A DNA stretch of 62,491 nt, filler included, from Chiloscyllium plagiosum (taxonomy: Eukaryota): the NCBI RefSeq assembly GCF_004010195.1. It is 3 parts of 2 records of this genome, joined end to end, with 100 filler letters (N's around TTAATTAATTAA, not from the genome) between each part and the next. Parts side by side here need not be neighbours in the genome. Positions count along the whole stretch, not along the records: positions 31,457 to 58,835 come from NC_057713.1; positions 58,936 to 62,491 come from NC_057714.1; 1 more part is not named here. One strand, 5' to 3'. A model generated the notes under the pieces. It searched no databases. It saw nothing but the letters and a program-made list of their open reading frames with translations, and was not told the origin of the DNA. A program made the translations under genes and the position numbers. Positions 51,315 to 62,491 of the stretch are shown one piece after another (position 1 is the first letter of the stretch; each line of letters opens with the position of its first letter).

Positions 51315-54300
51315 AAAGAACATAGAAAAGTACAGCACACAACAGGCCCTTAGGCCCACGATGTTGTGCCAAGACTTAATCCTAATGTAAAATATAGTAA
51401 CTTAACCTACGCACCCCTCAACTCACTGCAATCTATGTGCATTTCTAGCAGTCGCTTAAATGTTCCCAATGACTTCGCTTCCACCATCTCAGTTGGCAAC
51501 ATATTCCATGCATTCACAACTTTCTGTGTAAAAACCCTACCTCTGATGTCTCCTTTATAGCTTCCTCCTAGATGGTAAAGGGACAGCTGGAAAATGGGAA
51601 GCTTCAGAAATGAGATAACAAGAATCCAGAGAAAGTATATTCCTGTCAGGGTGAAAGAGAAGGCTGGGAGGTATAGGGAATGCTGGATGACTAAAGAAAT
51701 TGAGGGTTTGGTTAAGAAAAAGAAGGAAGCATATGTAAGGAATTGACAGGATAGATCGAGTGAATCCTTAGAAGAGTATAAAGGCAGTAGGAGTATATTT
51801 AAGAGGGAAATCAGGAGAAAAAAGGGACACGAGATAGCTTTGGCAAATAGAATTAAGGAGAATCCAAAGGGTTTTTACAAATACATTAAGGACAAAAGGG
51901 TGACTAGGGAGACAATAGGACCACTCAAAGATCAGCAAGGTGGCCTTTGTGTGGAGCCGCAGAAAATGGGAGAGATACTGAACGAGTATTTTGCATCAGT
52001 ATTTACTGAGGAAAAGGATATGGAAGATATAGACTGTAGGGAAATAGATGGTGACATATTGCAAAATGTCCAGATTACAGAGGAGGAGGTGCTGGATGTC
52101 TTGAAACGGGTAAAGGTGGATAACTCCCCAGGACCTGATCAGGTGTACCTGAGAACTCTGTGGAAAGCTAGAGAAGTGATTGCTGGGCCTCTTGCGAAGA
52201 TATTTGTATCATCGATAGTCACAGGTGAGGTGCAGGAAGACTGGAGGTTGGCTAACGTGTGCCACTGTTTAAGAAGGGCGGTAAAGTCAAGCCAGGGAAC
52301 TATAGACCAGTGAGCCCGGCCTCAATGGTGGGCAAGTTGTTGGAGGGATTCCTGAGGGACAGGATGTACATGTATTTGGAAAGACAAGGACTGATTAGGG
52401 ATAGTCAACATGGCTTCGTACATGGGAAATCATGTCTCACAAACTTGATTGTCTTTTTTGAAGAAGTAACAAAGAGATGACGGCAGCGTGGTAGATGCGA
52501 TCCACATGGACTTCAGTAAGGCGATCAACAAGGTTCCCTATGAGAAACTGGTTAGCAAGATTAGATCTCATGGAATATAGGGAGAACTAACCATTTGGAT
52601 ACAGAACTGGCTCAAAGGTAGAAGAGAGAGGGTGGTGGTGGACGGTTGTTTTTCAGACTGGAGGCCTGTGACCAATTGAGTGCCACAAGGATCGATGTAA
52701 TGATGAAATCATTCATCATTTATATAAATGATTTAGATGTGAGCATAAGACGTATACTTAGTAAGTTTGCAGATAACACCAAACTTGGAGGTGTAGTGGA
52801 CAACGAAGAAGGTTATCTCAGATTACAACAGGATCTGGACCAGATGGGCCAATGGGCTGAGAAGTGGCAGGTGGAGTTTAATTTAGATAAATCTGTGGTG
52901 GTGCATTTTGGGAAAGCAAATCTTAGCAGGACCTATAGACTTAATGGTAAGGTCCTAGGGAGTGTTTCTGAACAGAGACCTTGGAGTGCAGGTTCATAGC
53001 TCCTTGAAAGTGGAGTTGCAGGTAGATAGGATAGTGAAGAAGGCGTTTGGTATGCTTTCCTTTATTGGTCAGAGTATTGAGTACAGGAGTTGGGAGGTCA
53101 TGTTGCGGCTGTACAGGACATTGNNNNNNNNNNNNNNNNNNNNNNNNNNNNNNNNNNNNNNNNNNNNNNNNNNNNNNNNNNNNNNNNNNNNNNNNNNNNN
53201 NNNNNNNNNNNNNNNNNNNNNNNNNNNNNNNNNNNNNNNNNNNNNNNNNNNNNNNNNNNNNNNNNNNNNNNNNNNNNNNNNNNNNNNNNNNNNNNNNNNN
53301 NNNNNNNNNNNNNNNNNNNNNNNNNNNNNNNNNNNNNNNNNNNNNNNNNNNNNNNNNNNNNNNNNNNNNNNNNNNNNNNNNNNNNNNNNNNNNNNNNNNN
53401 NNNNNNNNNNNNNNNNNNNNNNNNNNNNNNNNNNNNNNNNNNNNNNNNNNNNNNNNNNNNNNNNNNNNNNNNNNNNNNNNNNNNNNNNNNNNNNNNNNNN
53501 NNNNNNNNNNNNNNNNNNNNNNNNNNNNNNNNNNNNNNNNNNNNNNNNNNNNNNNNNNNNNNNNNNNNNNNNNNNNNNNNNNNNNNNNNNNNNNNNNNNN
53601 NNNNNNNNNNNNNNNNNNNNNNNNNNNNNNNNNNNNNNNNNNNNNNNNNNNNNNNNNNNNNNNNNNNNNNNNNNNNNNNNNNNNNNNNNNNNNNNNNNNN
53701 NNNNNNNNNNNNNNNNNNNNNNNNNNNNNNNNNNNNNNNNNNNNNNNNNNNNNNNNNNNNNNNNNNTTTTCCCTGGGGTCGGGGAGTCCAGAACTAGAGG
53801 GCACAGGTTTAGGGTGAGAGGGGAAAGATATAAAAGAGACCTAAGGGGCAACGTTTTCACACAGAGGGTGGTACGTGTATGGAATGAGCTGCCAGAGGAT
53901 GTGGTGGAGGCTGGTATGATTGCAACATTTAAAAGGCATTTGGATGGGTATGTGAATAGGAAGGGTTTGGAGGGATATGGGCCGGGTGCTGGCAGGTGGG
54001 TCTAGATTGGGTTGGGATATCTGGTTGGCATGGACGAGTTGGACCAAAGGGTCTGTTTCTGTGCTGTACATCTCTATGACTCTAATATCTTCAAACTATG
54101 ACTTCTCGTACCCTCGGAAAAAGTCTCTGGCTATTGACTCTATCTATTCCTTTCATTATTTTGTACACCTCAATCAGGTCTCCTCTCTTCCTCCTTCTCT
54201 CCAGAGACAAAAGTCCGAGTTTATTCAACCTTTCTTCATACGGCAATCCCTCCGGTCCAGGCAGCATCCTGGTAAACCTTCTTTGCACCCTTTCCAAAGC

Positions 54301-55245
54301 CTCTGTATCTTTCCTATAGTAGGGCGACCAGAACTGGACACAATATTCCAAGTGTGCTCTCACCAGGGACTTGTAGAGCTGCAGCAAAACCTCGCAGCTC
54401 TTAAACGCGATACATCCTTAAGATTAGATTAGATTAGATTACTTACAGTGTGGAAACAGGCCCTTCGGCCCAACAAGTCCACACCGACCTGCCGAAGCGT
54501 AACCCACCCATTTCCGTACATTTACCCCTTTACCTAACACTACGGGCAATTTAGCATGGCCAATTCACCTAACCTGCACATCTTTGGACTGTGGGAGGAA
54601 ACCGGAGCACCCGGAGGAAACCCACGCAGACACGGGGAGAACGTGCAAACTCCACACAGTCAGTCACCTGAGGCGGGAATTGAACCCAGGTCTCTGGCAC
54701 TGTGAGGCAGCAGTGCTAACCAGTGTGCTACCGTGCCGCCCATTAACATCTGTTAATGAAAGCCAAAACACCATGTGCTTTCTTAACAACCCTATCCACT
54801 TGGGTGGCAACTTTGAGGGTTCTATGTACTTGCACACCCAGATCCCTCTGTTCCTCCACACTGCCAAGAATCTTGTCTTTAATCCTACATTCAGCATTTG
54901 AGTTCGGCCTTCCAAAATGCATCACTTCACATTTATCCAGGTTGAATTCCATATGCCATTTCTCAGCCCAGCTTTCCATCCTGTCTTTGCAGTAGTCCTC
55001 TGTAGTATCAACGACATCTCAAACCTTTGTGTCATCTGCAAATTTACTAACCCACCCCTCAATCTCCTCATCCAAGTTATTTATAAAAACTACAAAGAGC
55101 AGAGGCCCAAGAACAGAGCCCTGCGGGACCCCACTCAACACTGTCCTCCAGGCAGAATACTTTCCATCTACAACCACTCTCTGCCTTCTGTCAGCCAGCC
55201 AATTCTGAATCCAGATAGCCAAATCTCCCAGTATCCCATACTTCC
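51315..55245. mobile_element. CR1 cluster: plus copy 51571-54085 between two minus-strand CR1 pieces (51315-51570 and 54090-55245), with HE1 SINE 54421-54741
   Basis: ORF2 motifs on both strands, e.g. [20 protein letters not shown]...FADDTK (minus) and KENPKGFYKY (plus). Confidence 0.88.
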
Positions 55246-55799
55246 TGATGTTGATGGACTCCTGCATTCTTTAATCCAGTTTACACAGTACCTTAGACAA
55301 AATTACCTGATGTTCTTATACCTGTTTGTGTAATTTGACAAAGTTGTTAAAGGCTAAGAATGAGCTTCTCTTTTTTAATGCATTCACGGGCTGCAGATAT
55401 TGCTGGCTAGGACAGTATTTATTTCCCATCCTTACATGTCTGGAGGGCAATTGAGAGTCCACCATATTGCTGTGAATCTGGAGTTACATATAGGCTACAC
55501 CAGGTTTTCTTCCCTAAAGGACATTAGTGAACCAAATGGGTTTTGCCAATGTTGTCATGGTCATCACTAGACACTTAATCCCAGCTTTTTATTGAATTCA
55601 AACTCCACCATCTGCCCTGGTGGGATTTGAACCTGTGTTCCCAGGACATTACCTGGGTCTCTAGATTAATAGTCTAGTGATAATACCACAAGGCTATTGC
55701 CTCCCCCTTCTGCCTGGGACTCAGGTGCCTGGTATCTGGCATGTCTTTTAAATGTCTGAGATCCACAGCATTTCTTCCTTCACTAACTGTGGAGAGTTA

Positions 55800-56660
55800 T
55801 CAGTAATTACCAGGTTGTGCCTCTAAATCTAATCTAGACAGAGAACCTGCTGAGGTGAAAGTCTCTGAGCTGCTGGAGGGTGCAGGTGAAAGCCTTTTAG
55901 CAGCATCCTCTGAGGGTCAATGACTTCATTCCCTGACAGGCTTGTGGAACTGAGGATTTCAGGTGCTGACCTCTTTGCAGAGGTTCACTTGTGTACCACC
56001 AATTCCTACACAAGGGAAGAGAGAATTAGTTGTCTAAGAAGGATAAAATTTGTGTAAATTGCGGAAGAGAAGTGGAGCTTATTGGGTTGGTTGGACATCA
56101 AGGTCTCCATACGCACTTGAGTGTTCATTTTCTGGCCAAATCTAGAATGTTCTCCTCATAGGGATAGAACAGCAGACATCTGCCACCAACCCCCGGCTAG
56201 TCTGAGACTACTGGGTGCTTCTGAAAACTAATTTTTCATACAATGAGACAAAAAGAGGGATTGATCATGATAGAAGAGCAATTGGAGGTGACACAGGATC
56301 TGAAGAGGTGGAATGGTTTCCCCATTGAGTGGATGAGAGCTGTTGAGCATAATGCATGCAATACCTGAACCATGGTGGGATGTCAGTGCTGTGGCAGAAT
56401 TAGAGGGAGATGTGAGGAAGCAAAGAAAAGATGGTGGTACTTACATTTATAGAGAGAGAAGATTGTTGACCTTCTTCCTCAACTGTTAGGTGCCAAGTGT
56501 CACCTCGGAAGCAGCATTCGCACAGTGCAGGTTGGCTCTGTCTGGTGCATGGCTTCTTGTGGTGGTCAGACACTACAAGGATTGCCCTCTTCTACATTCT
56601 GTCCACCAGCACTTCAAGATCATTGTCCGTGAAGTGGACAGTGAGCTCTTCTTTTCTCTG
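55800..56660 (-). mobile_element. Probable decayed PIF/Harbinger Myb/SANT-like gene
   Basis: 56445-56660 minus reads HFTDNDLEVLVDR...QLRKKVNNLL|gtaagt with stops and frameshifts; about 56120-56240 reads EKL...SQTSRG...PYEENILDLA. Confidence 0.45.
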
Positions 56661-56662
56661 AT

Positions 56663-57290
56663 AGACAAGCAAGAGGCTGGAAGACCACAGCAAGTCAGGC
56701 AGCTTCAGGAGGTAGATAAGTCAATGTTTCAGGTGTAACCTTTCTTCAGATCTGGGATGGGCGTAGGGAGAGCTGTACATAAAGGGGGTGGTGGAGGCAG
56801 GGTGGTGAAATGGGGATAGGTGAAGACAGGTAGAGGCCACGATCTGGTTGGTCAATGGAAGGAGTGAATCCTGTTGGTAGCAGGGAGGAGTAGAAGGGAG
56901 GATGAGGGGTTGGGAAGGGAGTCGTGGAATGGGAAGGGAGGTTATTTGAAATTGGAGAACTCAATGTTGAGTTATCTGGGCTGTAGGCTGCCCATGCGGA
57001 AGATGAGGCATTGTTCCTCCAATTTGCGGGTTGGTTCATTGTGGCAATGGAGGAGGTCAAGGATGGTCATGTCAGAAAGAGAGTGGGGAAGGGGAATTAA
57101 CATTGGCAGTGATTGGGAGGTCCATCCGGCCCCTGCATGTCCGGCTGAGATGCTTGGCGAACCATTCCCTAAGTTTACATTTGATCTCCCGATCTAGAGA
57201 AGACCACATTGGAAGCACCTGATGCAGTAAATTAGGATGGAAGAGAGGCCGGTGAACCTCTGTCTTATCTGGAAGGACTGTTTGGGGGCC
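56663..57290 (-). mobile_element. Third Penelope-like family 3' fragment
   Basis: Terminal repeat with CTGAAGA...GAAAC on minus; decayed GIY-YIG C-terminal sequence similar to 26160-26430. Confidence 0.65.
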
Positions 57291-57974
57291 ATGTCCTGAA
57301 TGTTAAGGCTCCAGCACTGCCGTGTGAGGGGTCATTTCTGGCTTGCAACATCTGGAACGTTTGTGCACCAGAAGCGAGTTTGCCAAAGGATATTGCAGAG
57401 GCAAGCAGTTCCACCTGTCACACCTCAGTGATTGTCTGATAGGTGTTATCAAGAGCCTGGTTGCATAATTAATGAGGTGAAGAGTGGAAGATTGCATGAC
57501 TTGCATGCCACTAGACAAAATGCTTTAAAAGGACAGTAGATGTTTCAAACTCTTTTCCACAAACAGCAGTGAATGCTGGATCAGTTATTAGTTTTAAATC
57601 TGAAATAGATAAAGTTTTGTTCAGCAAAAGTATTAAACGATATGGGCCAAAGAAAGGTATAAGGAGCTGTGCCACAGATCAGCAATAACCTAATTGGATA
57701 GCAGTACAGGCAGAAAGGCTGAATGGCCTGCTCCCATCCCTATCACCCTACCTGAAAATGACAAAATCCTGCCCTATGTTTCTCTCCGCAAACACAACCT
57801 GAGTGCATTTTCTGACTTCGTTTCAGATTTGATGCAACTGCAGTGAAATAGCTCCACAGAGGCCAGTGTCCTGTCACCAAGTTACTATTTATTTACAGGT
57901 GCATAGCACTTGACACTGATCCAGCTCCTTCAGAGCCAGCTCTCAGAGAGAACAAAACCTCTTACACTCCTCTA

Positions 57975-58835
57975 TTTTTTCTTTCATGTGTGAGACACAG
58001 TGAGAGACACAAGGTACACCAATCTTTATTCAGTTTCCACCACCAGGAAGATAGGAAAACACCCGATTGGCCAGTGACAAGCAGTGCCCTTCACATCAAA
58101 GGGCAATGCTGTGTGATCAAACAGTGAAGGGGAGGGCAGGGACTAAATCAAAATAGAGTTGGAGGGAGAAATGATGCACTCCACTCCCTGCGGCGCCCAC
58201 CTCTCCCTGAACAACTCCAGGATGTTGGTGGACACCGCGTGCTACAGACCCCTTTATTTTTCTTCTCTTGCATGCGCACACACTGATCCAGCTCCGTCAG
58301 AGCCAGCTCTCAGGGTGAGCAGAACCTCTGACCCTCCTGTTCTTTTTTTTTCTTTTTAGTTAACCCCCACACTACCGCCTAACTGCGGTAGTGCTTATTT
58401 TATCCCCAGCACCCATGGTGTGTGTGTATACGTGTGAGACACAGTGAAAGACACAAAGTGCACCAATCTTTATTCAATTTCCACCACCAAGAAAATAGGA
58501 AAACACCCGGGTGGCCAGTGACAAACACTGCCCTTCACAACAAAGGGCAGTGCTGTGTGATCAAAAACAGTGAGGGGGAGGGTAGGGACTAAATCAAAAT
58601 AGAATTGGAGGGAGAAATGATGCACTCCAATTCTATTTTGATTTAGTCCCGTCCCTCCCCTCCCCTTCACTGTTTTGATCACACAGCACTGCCCTTTGAT
58701 GCAAAGGGCAGTGTTTGTCACTGGCCACCCGGGTGTTTTCCTATATTCCTGGTGCTGGAAATTGAATAAAGATTGGTGCACTTTGTGTAAAAAAAAAAAA
58801 AAATAAATAGGGATTCACACAGCACTGCCCTTTGA
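57975..58835. mobile_element. Cluster of Tx1-like non-LTR retrotransposon 3' ends
   Basis: 58143-58241 minus encodes HAVSTNILELFRERWAPQGVECIISPSNSILI*; copies at 57975-58243 (-), 58341-58629 (-) and 58625-58808 (+), each with AATAAA and an A-rich tail. Confidence 0.65.
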
Positions 58836-58935
58836 NNNNNNNNNNNNNNNNNNNNNNNNNNNNNNNNNNNNNNNNNNNNTTAATTAATTAANNNNNNNNN
58901 NNNNNNNNNNNNNNNNNNNNNNNNNNNNNNNNNNN
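58836..58935. other. Synthetic scaffold-joining spacer
   Basis: Identical 44N-TTAATTAATTAA-44N, 100 bp. Confidence 0.95.
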
Positions 58936-59006
58936 GTCCCCCTCCATATCTCTGTGTGTGTTTTCATACCCCACTTCCCTCCTCTCCCGCCCCCTGTCAC
59001 TTTTAC

Positions 59007-59153
59007 CTGTCCTGTGTGTGTTACTTTCTCCCCAGCCCGCCTGGCGGCCGTGCCCACCGCGGCAGTTCCCGGGAGAGGCCTGAGGCGGCTGAGCAGGGCG
59101 GGCAGGATCTTGCTCCGGAGCGAGAGGCGCAGCGTCCCGGCGGCGGCCGCCAT
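59007..59153 (-). CDS. NDUFS6: NADH dehydrogenase Fe-S protein 6 exon 1 (mitochondrial presequence)
   Basis: MAAAAGTLRLSLRSKILPALLSRLRPLPGTAAVGTAARRAGEKVTHTGQ|gtaaaa; Arg/Leu-rich presequence ending in the NDUFS6 motif EKVTHTGQ at a phase-0 donor; lies in a CpG island. Confidence 0.92.
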
Positions 59154-59225
59154 AACCGTCAGTCACCTTCAGGGAGCCTTCCCGCGCATGCGCACCCGCC
59201 CGCGAGCTCTCCCACCGCCCTGTTT
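59030..59225. promoter_or_regulatory. CpG island / NDUFS6 promoter
   Basis: Only strongly GC- and CpG-dense stretch in the window; overlaps the NDUFS6 start codon. Confidence 0.8.
59183..59194. promoter_or_regulatory. NRF-1 binding site
   Basis: CGCGCATGCGCA matches the consensus YGCGCAYGCGCR, about 30 bp upstream of the NDUFS6 ATG. Confidence 0.75.
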
Positions 59226-59699
59226 GCAGAAAGGTGAAAGTGGCTCCTAAAGTTCAGAATTAAAGTACAGAAAGTAATGCAAGCAAATGTGCTTTTTTTA
59301 AACTTATGTATGGCCCTTGTGAATGAAACTGGCCAAAGGATAAAACTGCATTTGTTGATCGATTTGCAAATTGTGACAAGTTGGCATTGTGATTCTTTGT
59401 ATTACAGATTGTCCTAATGAGTATTTTGTTTGGATAACTGATTGTTCGGATAACGGATACTGTTTTTGCACGGGGCCTTGACATCTTGTTCGGATAGTCC
59501 GATATTTGGATAATTGACGTTCGGATAACCGAGGTTGTTCTGTATATTAATTCTTTAATGGAAAGTAGCTATCATTAGGCCAGCCCATCATCTGTTGCCC
59601 ATCACAATTGCCCTTGAACTGCTACTTCAGGGAGCAGTTAAGAGGAGACTGCTTTTTGACTAAGTTACATGTGTGGACAGTGGACTTCCTTCTTTAAAG

Positions 59700-61870
59700 G
59701 ACCTAAGGGGCAACTTTTTCACGCAGAGGATGGTAGATGTATGAAATGAGCTGCCTGAGGAAGTGGTGGAGGCTGGTACAATTGCAACATGTAAAAAGCA
59801 TGTGGATGGGTATATGAATAGGAAGGGTTTGGAGGGATGTGGGCCGAGTGCTGGCAGGTGGGACTAAATTAGTTTGGGATATCTGGTTGGCACGGAGTGT
59901 TGGACCGAAGGGTCTGTTTCCATGCTGTACATCTCTATGACATTTATGAACTTCTTTTTAACTTTTGATTGTTTTGTCATGGTCACAGTTACTGAGACAA
60001 GCTTTAAATTATACATTTTATTAATCTGCATTTACAATTTTTTGCCGGCTTCAGTAATATTACCACTGCATCATCCATTCTAAAAGAGATAAAAACAGAA
60101 TGCAGGAAATTACAGGTGTAACATCTGGCATACAGAAAACATTAGAAGCTATTATCAAATAAATTATCGTAGGAGACTTAGATAATTTCAATGTAATCAG
60201 CACAGTGGCTCAGTGGTTATCACTGCTGCCTCACAGCACCAGGGACCGGGTTCAAATCCCGCCTCAGGTAACTGTGTGGAGTTTGCACATTCTCCCCATG
60301 TCTGTGTGGGTTTCCTCCGGGTGCTTCGGTTTCCTCCGGGTGCTTCGGTTTCCTCCCACAATCCAAAGATGTGCAGGTCAGGTGAATCGGCCATGCTAGA
60401 TTGCCCATGATGTTGGGTGTGTTACTCAGGGGTAAATATAGGGTAAAGGAATGGGTCTGGGTGGGTTACTCTTCGGAGGGCCAATGTGGACATGTTGAGC
60501 TGAAGGGCCTGTTTCCATACTGTAGGGAATCTAATCAGGCAGAGACAACATTCTTTTGTGAAAAAGAAATCATGTTTTACCAATCTGTTAGAGATATTTA
60601 AGAAAGTAACAAGTGCTGTAGATAAAGGGGAACCAGTGAATGTATTTTGATTTCCAAAAGGCATTTCATGCTATATTTGACACCTTAAAGTGCCGCATCA
60701 TAGATTATTGCAGAATAAAAATGCTCCCAGGTACAAGAGTAGCATATTGGCATGGATAGAAGATTGTCTGAGTGAACTGGAAGCAAATAATAGACAAAAA
60801 TGGGTCTTTTTCAATTTGAAAAGATGTAATGAATGGTGTGCCACAGAGATTGCTGCCAGGACATCAATTGTTTACAATATATATAAATTATAGGAAGGAC
60901 ATTGTTAAACTGTTGAGAGGGTGCAAAAATGATTTCAAAGGATATTGCCAGGACTGGACAACTTGAGTTATAGGAAGAGGCTGAATAGGCTGGGGCTTTT
61001 TTCCCTTAAGTGTCAGAGGCTAAGGGGTGACTTTTTAAAGGTGACATTTTAAAGGTATATATAATCATGGGGAACATGGATAGGATGCATTGTCAAGGTC
61101 TTTTTCTGAGGTGGGCAAGCCGAAAACTAGAGGGCACAGGTTTAATGTGAGAGGTGAAATATTTAAGAACGACCTCGAGTAACTTTATCATGTGGAGGAT
61201 GTTGCATGTATGGAATGAGCTGCCAGAGGAATTGGTGGAAACAGGTGCAATTGCAACCTTAAAGGGACTGGATGGGTATATGAATAGGAAGGATTTAGAG
61301 GGTTCTGGGCCAACTGCTGGGCAAATGGGACTGGGTCAAATTGGGATATCTGGTCAGCATGGACAAGTTGGACTGAAGGGTCTGTTTCTGTGCTGTCTGA
61401 CTCTACAACTAAGATGAAGAGACGGAAGGTATGGTTGCCAAATTTGCTTATGATCCAAATGTGGAAAAGTACATTGTGGCAAGGCTGATTCAAAACTATA
61501 TGGATAGTTTAAGGAGTGAGCAAAGATGTAGCAATGGAGTATAAAGTGGGAAAATATGACATTATGCATTTTGAGCAGAAAGAAACGAAAGTATATTATT
61601 CTAAATGCTGAAAGATTGCAGTGGTATCTGGGTGTCTTTGTGCATGAATTGCAAAATATTGGTATGCAGGTACATCAAGTAATTAGGAAAGCAAATACAA
61701 TGTTACCATTTATTGCAAGGGGAATTGAACATTAAAGTTAGGAGGTTTTGCTTCAGTTATGCAGGGCATTAGTGAAACTGTATCTGGAGTTCAGTGCCCA
61801 GCATTGGTCACCTTATACAAGGTAGAATGTACATGCATTGGAAGTAATTCAGAGGTTTCCCAGACCAATA
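59700..61870 (+). mobile_element. Several decayed CR1 fragments
   Basis: WNELPEE and DFQKAF-like motifs and CR1 3' UTRs at 59700-59940 and 60600-61870. Confidence 0.7.
60200..60536 (+). mobile_element. HE1-type V-SINE
   Basis: A/B boxes, V-domain, internal tandem duplication of GGTTTCCTCCGGGTGCTTC. Confidence 0.85.
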
Positions 61871-62159
61871 CCTAAAGTGGGAGGCAAGGGGAAAGAAACT
61901 TTTTTTTTATTCATTCATGGGATGAGGGCGCCATTGCCCATCCCTAATTGCCCAGAAGGTAGTTAGAGACAAGGACATTGCCATGGGTCTGAATCACATG
62001 TCAGCCAGACTAGATAAGGACGGCAATTTCCTTCCCTAAGAGTCATTAGTGAACAGATTTTTTTTGTCCCAAAAATCAACAATTGTTACACTTAATTCCA
62101 GATATTCTCTAAATTGACTACAAATTCCACCATGGCAGAATTTGAACCCATCATTCTGA

Positions 62160-62491
62160 TTCAACGTTCCCATCCCCCATCTGATTTCCCCTCCCCAGCC
62201 TGATCTTCCCCCTCTCTGATTCCACCCTTCCTGATGAAGAGCTCCTGCCCGAAACGTCGATTCTCCTGCTCCTAGGATGCTGCCTGACCTGTGTTTTTCC
62301 AGCACCACACACTCTCGACTCTGATCTCCAGCATCTGCAGTCCTTACTTTCTCCCATTTCCTCTCCTCCCTAGCTTGATCTCCCCCGCCAGCCTGATTCC
62401 CACCTCCCCCCAGCCTGATTCATCCTCCCAGCCTGATTAACCACCCCCAGTCTGATTCACTCCCTCCCCCTGATTCACTCCCCCACAGCCT
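62160..62491 (+). repeat. C-rich minisatellite (CCCCCAGCCTGATT-like units) interrupted by a Penelope terminal repeat (about 62222-62355)
   Basis: Repeated cccc(c)agcctgat(t) units on both sides of the terminal repeat. Confidence 0.6.

Noticed and set aside
57913..58835. CRISPR-like or regular repeat-spacer array
   Set aside because: Eukaryotic context; the repeats are few, long, polyadenylated retroelement ends.

Overview
This is elasmobranch (shark-type) nuclear DNA, inferred from HE1-type V-SINEs, Deu-domain SINEs and abundant CR1 and Penelope repeats. The window is three segments joined by two synthetic 100-bp spacers (44N-TTAATTAATTAA-44N at 31357-31456 and 58836-58935). Segment 1 carries nine consecutive + strand coding exons of NSMAF/FAN (GRAM/PH to BEACH region). 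Segment 2 carries only the first coding exon of SDCBP/syntenin-1 (- strand). Segment 3 carries NDUFS6 exon 1 (- strand) in a CpG island with an NRF-1 site. Most of the rest is decayed mobile DNA: CR1 LINEs, a Gmr1-type Gypsy provirus (integrase before RT, SCAN-like gag), several Penelope-like families, RTE, Tx1-like 3' ends, SINEs, Tigger-like MITEs and a probable Harbinger Myb/SANT relic. The most interesting signals are: (i) minimal hammerhead-ribozyme motifs with covarying stem II in several Penelope-like families, whose short fold-back copies invert at or next to that motif; (ii) a cluster of Tx1-like 3' ends, two at the same target position and two fused head-to-head; (iii) two templated inverted insertions. 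I found no convincing wholly new protein-coding system. All gene and family assignments come from my recall of sequence motifs, not from database searches.
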